The position numbers and the translations under genes were made by a program. 37,433 nucleotides of DNA from Acidobacteriota bacterium (GTDB lineage: Bacteria > Acidobacteriota > Terriglobia > Acidiferrales > UBA7541): the NCBI GenBank assembly GCA_003161195.1, contig PMOV01000150.1:2556-39988 (forward strand), written 5' to 3'. Positions 30,335-37,433 of the stretch are shown here, in pieces; position 1 is the first letter of the stretch, and each line of letters begins with the position of its first letter. The notes under the pieces were generated by a model. That model was given only the letters and a program-made list of their open reading frames with translations. It was not told the DNA's origin and made no database searches.

Positions 30335-31384
30335 CTAGTCGAAGCTCCTCAGCGCCAGCCCCACGGCAATGGCCAATCGCGGCGCCATCTCCCGAATCTG
30401 GTCGTCACTATGTTTGCTGGGATTGATCAGAATTTTTCGGAAAGGATTCAGCTCTTCCACCGGCATGGCGAACTCTTCGCGCAGCAGATCCACCAGCCCG
30501 GGCACCCGCGCCGTTCCTCCCGCCACCACGATGCGCTGAATATTCTCTCCGCTCGCCGTGGCCCGGAAGAAGTCAAAGGTCTTTTGGATTTCCAGCGTCA
30601 GAATGTCCGAGACGCTGCGCAAGATCTGCTGCTTCTGGTCATCCGTGACGCTGGGCAGGGTTTCGCCCTTCTTCAAGCGCTCCGCGTCTTCAAAGCTCAA
30701 ATCGAGTTCCTTTTGCAGCGCATCCGTATACTGGTTGCCGCCCACGCTGACGTCGCGCGTAAACAGCGGAATGCCGCCGCGCACGATATTGATGTTCATC
30801 ACGCTGGCGCCCACATTCAGCAGCGCCACCGTCTGCCCCGCATCCGGCTCGTAATTCACTTCAAAGCAATTCTGCAAACCAAATGCATCGATATCCACCA
30901 CCCGCGGCGTCTTCCCCGCCTGCGCCAGCACGTTGGTGTGATTCAGAATCTTGTCTTTCTTTACCGCCACCAGCAGCACGTCCATCTGCGAGTCCATCGA
31001 CTCCAGCAGCTGGTAGCTCAAATTCACGTCCGCGATATCGAACGGAATATGCTGGCTGGCTTCCGAAGGAATCCGGTCGTACAACTCTTCTTCCGTCATC
31101 AACGGCAAAGGCACGCGCTTGACGATCACCGAATGCCCGGAAACCGAAGTCGCCACATCCTTCGTCTTGATCTTCTGCGCATCGAAAATCTTCGTTATGG
31201 CGTTGGCCACCTGCGGCGCGTCCATGATGGCCCCGTCTACTACGGTGTCCTGCGCCAGCGGCTCCATGCCGTAACTCACCAGTTCATAGCCCGCCTTGGT
31301 GGACTTCAGCTCTACCGTCTTGATGGAACTCGAGCCGATATCCAGCCCCACCAGTTGCTTGTTCTTGCCGCCTAGAAAACCCAT
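30335..31384 (-). CDS. pilM: Type IV pilus assembly ATPase-like protein PilM
   Basis: VGLDIGSSSIK, EASQHIPF, VLLVAVKK, FTRDVSVGG, VAGGTA, IAVGLALR. Confidence 0.96.
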   Translation of the reverse strand: MGFLGGKNKQLVGLDIGSSSIKTVELKSTKAGYELVSYGMEPLAQDTVVDGAIMDAPQVANAITKIFDAQKIKTKDVATSVSGHSVIVKRVPLPLMTEEELYDRIPSEASQHIPFDIADVNLSYQLLESMDSQMDVLLVAVKKDKILNHTNVLAQAGKTPRVVDIDAFGLQNCFEVNYEPDAGQTVALLNVGASVMNINIVRGGIPLFTRDVSVGGNQYTDALQKELDLSFEDAERLKKGETLPSVTDDQKQQILRSVSDILTLEIQKTFDFFRATASGENIQRIVVAGGTARVPGLVDLLREEFAMPVEELNPFRKILINPSKHSDDQIREMAPRLAIAVGLALRSFD

Positions 31385-31417
31385 ATTCCGGCCTTGTCCC
31401 CTCTCGCTCGCAAGGTG

Positions 31418-31612
31418 CTAACGGCGCCTTGCATGCGCCTGGCTCATCTTGCGTTCCATCCACCTGTCCAGGATTGTCTTACGCAGTTTCCAACGGTTCC
31501 CCAGCTTGAACGCAGGTATTTCGCCTTCCGTGATGTAACGGTACAGTGTGTCCGGCGAGATCCCCAGATATTGGGACGCCTGACGCACATTCATCACTTC
31601 GCGAGATTCCAT
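31418..31612 (-). CDS. Small HTH_17 (excisionase/BldC-like) DNA-binding protein
   Basis: MNVRQASQYLGISPDTLYRYITEGEIPAFKLGNRWKLRKTILDRWM; about 30 bp upstream of pilM on the same strand. Confidence 0.9.
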   Translation of the reverse strand: MESREVMNVRQASQYLGISPDTLYRYITEGEIPAFKLGNRWKLRKTILDRWMERKMSQAHARRR

Positions 31613-31815
31613 CACGACCAACATCACCCCAGTACTTGGCTGCCCGTTTTTTCCGTCGCAACGTACACCTAAGACAAACCCTCGCGAATGCGAGAAGCGT
31701 TCCGTTGCGAATGTTTATGACATCCGCCCGCTCCGAGCGTCAAGGGATTCTCTACCGCAGTTGCCTAAGGAACACCTGCAATCACAGGCAATTCGGGGTG
31801 TATTGTGGTACCGCC

Positions 31816-31831
31816 ACATCATATATTGCGT
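31816..31831. promoter_or_regulatory. Candidate NrdR box
   Basis: ACGCAATATATGATGT (minus strand) matches 13/16 positions of ACACWATATATWGTGT. Confidence 0.35.
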
Positions 31832-32144
31832 AGTGATGGTCCAAGTACCACTATTAGTGGTATTTTGCTCCCTCTATCCGCCTGTCCTTCCGGACGGTAA
31901 TCCTTTGCCATCAGTTCCCCCCTCGGCCGCCTCGCCGTACTCTTTCGTTAGTACTTGCCCGTCGCCGCTACCCACCCCGCCTCGCGCTTTTCTCTTTCTC
32001 CTTCACCGCCTTTTCCCCGCCGAGCGCACGCCACTTACACAATTGTGAAACGTGAACCCTGCGCAATCCGTCCGATGTTGTGAACGAATGTACGGAACGA
32101 AATGCTGTGAACGAAAACGGAGCCAGCATTCGGAGGTATCCCCC

Positions 32145-32261
32145 ATGCGACGCTTGGCACCAGTATTTTTCTTTTGCACGCAGGCCCTGCTCTTCGCCGC
32201 ACTGACCGCGTCAGCATCGAACTCCAACGCCGGGAGCACCGCGCCACCCGGCAACTCCTGA
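32145..32261 (+). CDS. 38-aa ORF consisting mainly of a Sec signal peptide (secreted micro-peptide or truncated gene)
   Basis: GGAGG RBS; MRRLAPVFFFCTQALLFAALTASA-SNSNAGSTAPPGNS-TGA. Confidence 0.45.
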   Translation: MRRLAPVFFFCTQALLFAALTASASNSNAGSTAPPGNS

Positions 32262-32412
32262 TTTTTCTCCGCTCCACTGCTAGATCCTGAGTAGTCCCGC
32301 GGCTCGCGAGCATTCCCGCGCGCAGCCACTCGCCGCAGCGTGTTGAGAAGTGTGCCCAAACAATCGTCCAACCCGCCGCAACACACGCGGCCCACTGAAG
32401 GAGAGAATCATC

Positions 32413-33171
32413 ATGCGAGTATTTTTATCCTTGGCACTCTCAGCTAGCCTGGCCGCCTACGCGCAGCAACCCGCTCCGCAAGCGCCGCCACCCACGCAAG
32501 ACGCAGCAAACCCGTCGCTTGCGAATTCCGCGCCAGCCACACCACCGGCAGCCCCCGTCACCATCCCCGCCGGCACACGCGTCCAGCTCTACCTTAGCAA
32601 CCCGCTAAACTCCCGCACCGCACAAGTCGGCGACGCCGTTCACGCCGAAGTCGCCTTCCCCGTCGTCATCAACCAGCGCCTGGTCATCCCGCGCGGCGCA
32701 TTCGCCGACGGCGCCGTCACCAAGGTGACGCGCCCCGGTTTCTCCCATCACGCCAACATTGCCATTCAATTCACGCGCATCCTTTTCGAAAATGGCTACT
32801 CCGTCTCCCTAACCGGCGCCACCGCGCAAGCCACCACCGCATCCCCGACCAATCCGCCGCAGCCCCCAGACGCGACGCCATCCTCGCGTGACGCTGTCGC
32901 CGCCGAGACTCCCGCGACCATTCCATCCTCCGCGCCCTTCGCCATGCTCTTCTTCCAAACGCCACCGCCCCTCCCGCCACTGCCCGGCCCGCCCAAGGGT
33001 TTCATCATCGGCGCGGCCGTCGGCGGCGCCGTCGCCATCTTCCTGCTCGTCTACGGCATCACCCATCGCGGCGGCGAAATCTACCTCCACACCGGCTGGC
33101 AACTCGACATGGTCCTGCAAACACCCGTGTCCATCGACGCCGACCGCGCCCTAGCCCCAATCCCCCAATAA
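32413..33171 (+). CDS. Exported protein with a TrbI/VirB10-like beta domain
   Basis: Signal peptide, Pro-rich linker, TIPAGT...L...LNS.TAQVGD......PV......VIP.GA...G.VT, C-terminal hydrophobic Gly/Ala segment. ATG 32413 behind AAGGAG. Confidence 0.7.
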   Translation: MRVFLSLALSASLAAYAQQPAPQAPPPTQDAANPSLANSAPATPPAAPVTIPAGTRVQLYLSNPLNSRTAQVGDAVHAEVAFPVVINQRLVIPRGAFADGAVTKVTRPGFSHHANIAIQFTRILFENGYSVSLTGATAQATTASPTNPPQPPDATPSSRDAVAAETPATIPSSAPFAMLFFQTPPPLPPLPGPPKGFIIGAAVGGAVAIFLLVYGITHRGGEIYLHTGWQLDMVLQTPVSIDADRALAPIPQ

Positions 33172-33207
33172 AATTTATCCAACCGTTTCAACGCGCACGG
33201 GCAAGCC

Positions 33208-33262
33208 TTTGTAGGGGTCCAGCTTCACCCAGAGCGCTTTGCGCGAAGCGCCGCTGGACCCC
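33208..33262 (+). repeat. GTAG-type REP element with an extended loop
   Basis: TTTGTAG then stem GGGGTCCAGC (33214-33223) / GCTGGACCCC (33253-33262), enclosing an inner hairpin. Confidence 0.6.
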
Positions 33263-33315
33263 AGCTTGCCCGGGCGTAAGCCTCGCCTCCCGCTCCTCTG
33301 TGAATCTCTGTGTAC

Positions 33316-33702
33316 TCAGTGTCTCTGCGTTATCCTCATGCTTTTTCTCTTTCTAAACGCCCGCAACATCCGCCACCCACCGAAACTCCCCCGCCCATCC
33401 TCCGCCCCACCTCTTCGCACCTCCGACTCCATCACCCACCCAATCAAATCAGCACTGCGAATCGCATCTTCCACTGTCCGCGCGGTAGCAGTTCGCCGAA
33501 GCCCAGCCTCCGCCACTTCATGCCCCGCCAGCCCGCGCGTCACGTCTCCGCGCAGCGATTCGCGAATCCACTCCACCCCGCGCCCCAGCATCTCCCGCGA
33601 CACATCCTCCAGCACCGTCGCATAACCCGCCACCGCCGCCGCCAGGGCAAACGCCGGCCCGCCAGTAATCGCCCCCATCACCGCAATCGTCGTGATTCGC
33701 AA
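33316..33702 (-). pseudogene. Truncated 3-hydroxyacyl-CoA dehydrogenase NAD-binding-domain-like fragment
   Basis: TIAVMGA...G..FALAAAVAGY.TVLEDVS...L...TVEDAIRSADLI. Similarity stops where EAVxE is expected, and the frame runs into repeat-rich DNA. Confidence 0.7.
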
Positions 33703-33733
33703 GCTCCGCAGTGTATCGCACGCAACGACTTAC

Positions 33734-34057
33734 TCAATACCGCGGCACGCCAGGATCAATCTCCGCCGACCACTGATCAATCCCCCCGCTCATCGACCGC
33801 GCCCGCTCCACTCCCTGCCCGCGCAGCCACACCGCCACATCCAAACTCCGCACCCCATGGTGGCAATAACAAATCACGTCGCCGTCCACATCCAGCTTCT
33901 GCAAATTCGCCGGTATCGACCCCATCGGTATCAGCACCGCCCCCGCAATCCTGCAAATGTGCGTCTCCCAAGGCTCCCGCACGTCCACCAGCAACACGTC
34001 CTCGCCGCTCTCCAGCAACGCCTTCGTCTCCGCCGACGTAATTTGCAGGTCATCCAT
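33734..34057 (-). CDS. Single-domain rhodanese/sulfurtransferase
   Basis: LLVDVREPWE...I.GA.LIP, CYCHHGVRS, GGIDQWS.EIDP.VPRY. Start ATG 34057. Confidence 0.93.
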   Translation of the reverse strand: MDDLQITSAETKALLESGEDVLLVDVREPWETHICRIAGAVLIPMGSIPANLQKLDVDGDVICYCHHGVRSLDVAVWLRGQGVERARSMSGGIDQWSAEIDPGVPRY

Positions 34058-34103
34058 AGCAGCTACTTTTCTGCGACCACATTTTGCACCGCGACACCTT
34101 GCT

Positions 34104-34340
34104 TCAATGAGGGTCCAGAGCTGCGGCAAGCCAAGAGACTCTGCCGCTTGCTTCACGAACCGCATCCTCAATCGTGCTCAATCTAGAGCCTTGGCCCACT
34201 CTTGTGGGTGCCCAACTATCTTCCTCGTGCAAAAAACGCCATTCCAGAAAGCCGAACGTTCCATCCGAGTTTTTATAAAAACACACTCGCCGTTCGAGAT
34301 CGGAATCATAAATTACTTTAAGGGCATCGCCCTCCTGCAT
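34104..34340 (-). CDS. Small hypothetical protein (78 aa)
   Basis: MQEGDALKVIYDSDLERRVCFYKNSDGTFGFLEWRF...TIEDAVREASGRVSWL; globular-looking composition, co-oriented with the rhodanese. Confidence 0.65.
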   Translation of the reverse strand: MQEGDALKVIYDSDLERRVCFYKNSDGTFGFLEWRFLHEEDSWAPTRVGQGSRLSTIEDAVREASGRVSWLAAALDPH

Positions 34341-34465
34341 TCGCTTGCCGGTCAATTTCGACGCCCCATGTAGTTTCCGCCGACTCGGGTCTCCAGCGTG
34401 TGAATATTTTTTTAACCCCAACTCGTTTCCCGCCGCATCGTATTCTCGACAACCAGAGGCGCCCC

Positions 34466-34912
34466 ATGAATCTCCCCAATGCACCCATCGCCAGCGAAGG
34501 CTTCTTCGTCACGCACTTCCTCACCGTGCGCGACCAGCAAAAATCCAAAGACTTCTACGTCCGCATTCTGGGCGGCAAAGTAATCAAATCCGAAAATCCC
34601 TGCTACATCAAGCTGGCGAACTCCTGGCTCATTCTCAATTCCGGCGGCGGCCCCACTCCCGACAAGCCAGAAGTCTTTCTCGAAACTCCTCCGGATCCCC
34701 ATCGCGTAAGCAGCTTCCTCAACCTGCGCGTCGCCGACATCTGGGCCTGCTACAAACAGTGGAGCGAAAAAGGCGCCATCTTCCTCACCGAGCCCCTGGA
34801 CAATCACGGCGCGGAATGGCGTTGCTACATGCGCGATCCCGACGGCTACCTCATCGAGGTCGGCCAATATACGCCAGCGTCCATCGACCGTTTCCATAAT
34901 TTTGCCGGTTGA
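34466..34912 (+). CDS. VOC/glyoxalase family protein
   Basis: THFLTVRDQQKSKDFY..ILGG, LNLRVADI, CYMRDPDGYLIEVGQ. ATG 34466 behind GAGG. Confidence 0.93.
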   Translation: MNLPNAPIASEGFFVTHFLTVRDQQKSKDFYVRILGGKVIKSENPCYIKLANSWLILNSGGGPTPDKPEVFLETPPDPHRVSSFLNLRVADIWACYKQWSEKGAIFLTEPLDNHGAEWRCYMRDPDGYLIEVGQYTPASIDRFHNFAG

Positions 34913-34987
34913 TTCGCCAGCGTTTCAGGCTCAGGTTTCTACGTTAATCAGCAGCTATAATAGCCCGAGCTTCCGGAGGCACTGCTC

Positions 34988-37009
34988 TTGCCCAACCATC
35001 AGTTCCCTTTCCGCCTTGCGCTTTCGTTTGTGCTGGCGTGTTTCACCTGCGCCGCGGCAGGCGCACAGCAGCGCGCGACATCCGGCACCTTCGTGCTGCA
35101 TAAAATGGCCGCACCAATTGGTACGGAAACCTACTCCATCGAGACGCAGGGCGCCGCCTACACGCTGACCTCGCATTTCCTCTTCACTGACCGTGGTGAG
35201 GCTGTGCCCCTCGAAACCACCTTCATGGCGAGCTCGGCGGATATGTCACCGCACTCATATGTCGCGAAGGGGCGGGCGTCGCGTGCATCCGAAATGGACG
35301 ACAGCGTTACCATCGATGGCCATCTCCTCTCCATTTCACGAAGAGGCAAAACGGAAGCGCGAGAACCGAGTGAACCGTGGTTTATCACCGACGGCTACTC
35401 GCCTGTCGCCATGCAGGAGCAGATGATGCGCTGGTGGCTCATGCACGGCAAGCCAGCGGAGTTCACCGTCTATCCGTCGAATTCCAAGGTGCATATTGAG
35501 CCCGCCGGCACTCTCTCCGTCAGCGGACGCGCAGCACACGGCTACACCGTCGGTGGGCTCATTTGGGGAGTAGAGTCCTTGTGGATTGACGACGCGCAGA
35601 ATCTGCTCGCCTTGGTCAGCACCGACGCGGAGTTCGATCATTTTGAGGCCGTGCGCGATTCCTACGAAGCGAGCTTAAGCACGTTCATCTCCGCCGCCGT
35701 CCAGGCAGACCTTGCCGCATTAGCGAAACTGACCGTCGCCGCGCGCATGGCTCCCGCTCGCAGGCTCGCGATCGTCGGCGCGACATTGGAGGATTCAACC
35801 GGTTACCCGGCGCTGCAGGACAGCGTGATTCTCATCGAAGAAGGCGTGATCACCGCCGCGGGACCACGCAGTCAAGTGCGTGTACCCAGGGATGCCACGG
35901 TCCTCGACGCCTCCGGCAAGTACGCCATCCCCGGTCTTTGGGACATGCACGCCCACTATGAGCAAGTCGAGTGGGGACCAATCTATCTCGCCGCGGGCGT
36001 CACCAGTGTTCGCGATGTCGGCAACGAATTCGACTTTATTCGGACCGTGCACGACGAGTTAGACCGTAAGCAAAATCCTGCCATCGGCCCGCACCTGGAG
36101 TTTGCCGGGGTCATCGACGGGACGGGGCCCATTTCGCTGGGTGCGGTTCTGGCGGACACCCCAGCGCAAGCGCAATCATGGGTGGAAAAATACCAAGCCG
36201 CGGGCGCGCGTCAGATCAAGGTCTACAGCTCCATCAAGCCCGACGTCCTCAAATCCATTACGGCGGCTGCGCACGCGCGAGGCATGACGGTGACCGGTCA
36301 CATCCCAGAGGGCATGACGGCCATCCAAGGCATCAATGATGGGATGGACCAGATCAATCACATTACGTATGAAGTGCCCTATTTTTCACGCACAGTGTTC
36401 GATGCCGATGGCAAGCCGGACAACACCAAGCCCCCGGTCCTCGAATTGGATGGTCCGCGCGCAAAGGATTTACTCTCGACGCTGCAAGCCCACCACACGA
36501 TTTTGGATCCCACCATGGCAATTTACGAATCATTTCTGAATACGAAACCACTGGACCAGCTTGAGCCTGGACTGGATCACGTCGCGCCCCAGTTGCGGGA
36601 CGCTCTGGATAGTCCGCCGGTACCGGCTGCGCAGACCGCGTGGGCCATCGCCCGTTGGCAGGCGCTGATGGCTACATTACGCGCACTGCATGAGGCTGGT
36701 ATTCCGATGGTGGCGGGCACGGACCAGACCATCCCCGGATATTCCCTGCATCGCGAGCTGGAAATTTACGTCGAAGCTGGTTTCACGCCACTGCAGGCGC
36801 TTCAGGCCGCGACCATCCAGGCCGCTCGAGCACTCGGCGTGGCAGAGGAATCGGGTTCTCTCGCGCGAGGCAAACGGGGCGATGTGCTGCTCCTCGACGC
36901 CGACCCCCTGGCCGACATCCACAACACCCGCAAAGTATGGCGCACCATCGCCGCCGGCGCCGTCTACGATCCCGCCCCGCTCTGGCGCAGCGTACAATTC
37001 ATTCCCTAA
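34988..37009 (+). CDS. Exported metal-dependent amidohydrolase
   Basis: Signal peptide, IPGLWDMHAH, GVTSVRDVG, QIKVY, VTGH, AGTD, ALQAAT, ADPLADI. TATAAT at 34956-34961. Confidence 0.92.
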   Translation: MPNHQFPFRLALSFVLACFTCAAAGAQQRATSGTFVLHKMAAPIGTETYSIETQGAAYTLTSHFLFTDRGEAVPLETTFMASSADMSPHSYVAKGRASRASEMDDSVTIDGHLLSISRRGKTEAREPSEPWFITDGYSPVAMQEQMMRWWLMHGKPAEFTVYPSNSKVHIEPAGTLSVSGRAAHGYTVGGLIWGVESLWIDDAQNLLALVSTDAEFDHFEAVRDSYEASLSTFISAAVQADLAALAKLTVAARMAPARRLAIVGATLEDSTGYPALQDSVILIEEGVITAAGPRSQVRVPRDATVLDASGKYAIPGLWDMHAHYEQVEWGPIYLAAGVTSVRDVGNEFDFIRTVHDELDRKQNPAIGPHLEFAGVIDGTGPISLGAVLADTPAQAQSWVEKYQAAGARQIKVYSSIKPDVLKSITAAAHARGMTVTGHIPEGMTAIQGINDGMDQINHITYEVPYFSRTVFDADGKPDNTKPPVLELDGPRAKDLLSTLQAHHTILDPTMAIYESFLNTKPLDQLEPGLDHVAPQLRDALDSPPVPAAQTAWAIARWQALMATLRALHEAGIPMVAGTDQTIPGYSLHRELEIYVEAGFTPLQALQAATIQAARALGVAEESGSLARGKRGDVLLLDADPLADIHNTRKVWRTIAAGAVYDPAPLWRSVQFIP

Positions 37010-37057
37010 GAGCTGTTCCACAACACTCGGGACATGTCCAAATCACGCCTCTCGCAT

Positions 37058-37433
37058 CTATGCCGCAGAGCCGCTACCGTAGGTGCCTTTTTCATTCTGA
37101 CCTGCAAGCCCATATCGTATTGCGGCTTCAAGCGTATCGATGTTTATATCCTTTAGAACTTTGAACCGAATGCAATATCCGGTCACGCTCGCCTGGCCTA
37201 GTTTTTTCCCATACGTTTTGGCTAAATGCTTCTTATCTTTGAGACCAAGAATATAGACAGAGATTCCGGTTTTGTTTCCGCTCACACCGATTTGAAAAGA
37301 CTCTCTGCTTTTTCCATTGGCATATTTTATTGTGTGAAATCCGTATCCAATCGTAGGGTTGGAAACAGTATGATTTTTGCTGTCTTTACCATCGAAAAAC
37401 CATAATTTGCATTTTGGTGACACTTGAAGTGTG
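37058..37433 (-). CDS. DUF1801 (YdhG-like) family protein, 5'-partial
   Basis: IGYG...YA.GK..E.FQIG.S.N.TGISVYI...LG.A.V..YCI.FK.L.DI....L..AI. The frame stays open to the window end; visibly AT-richer than its neighbours. Confidence 0.8.
   Translation of the reverse strand, partial: TLQVSPKCKLWFFDGKDSKNHTVSNPTIGYGFHTIKYANGKSRESFQIGVSGNKTGISVYILGLKDKKHLAKTYGKKLGQASVTGYCIRFKVLKDINIDTLEAAIRYGLAGQNEKGTYGSGSAA

Noticed and set aside
31418-31627. Excisionase marking a prophage or ICE
   Set aside because: No integrase, att site or phage genes nearby; the gene is embedded at the head of the pil operon.
32054-32115. GAAC repeats as an alphaproteobacterial/acidobacterial-type LexA box (GAAC-N7-GAAC)
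   Set aside because: Periods are 28, 13 and 14 bp, not the required 11.
32259-32294. UGA read-through (selenocysteine) in the signal-peptide ORF
   Set aside because: Only 10 more codons follow before TAG, with no convincing SECIS hairpin and no redox motif. I found no selenoprotein candidate in the window.
32413-33171. TrbI/VirB10-like gene as evidence of a conjugative system
   Set aside because: No other type IV secretion or relaxase genes are present; similarity is limited to a short beta-domain motif.

Overview
GC-rich bacterial chromosomal segment. It is most likely from Acidobacteriota, inferred from the gene order HTH-pilMNOPQ-pepQ-accB-accC-thiE, nnr-tsaE and a TrbI/VirB10-like exported protein. 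The right two-thirds is mostly core genes on the minus strand: the type IV pilus assembly operon, acetyl-CoA carboxylase subunits, thiE, two APC permeases, a SpoIIE/PP2C sensor phosphatase, an SDR, nnr and tsaE. These are followed by a large uncharacterised protein with a class III nucleotide-cyclase-like C-terminal domain and a selenocysteine tRNA (selC). Left of the selC 3' end is an accessory, stress-type block: a PRC-barrel protein, an OmpR-type two-component system with a DegP/Q protease, a GMC oxidoreductase, two Crp/Fnr remnants and a membrane protein missed by the ORF track. Also present are a decayed antitoxin-PIN pair, GTAG-type REPs, an AT-rich promoter-bearing intergenic element and an AT-rich DUF1801-like gene at the right edge. 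The best candidates for something undescribed are (1) the ~824-aa cyclase-like protein, which keeps all catalytic residues but lacks both purine-specifying residues, (2) the small HTH_17 regulator heading the pilus operon, with an NrdR-like box upstream, (3) the atypical and apparently near-leaderless tRNA-Sec, and (4) the AT-rich element at 16.0-16.3 kb. All calls come from motif recognition by eye; no searches were run.
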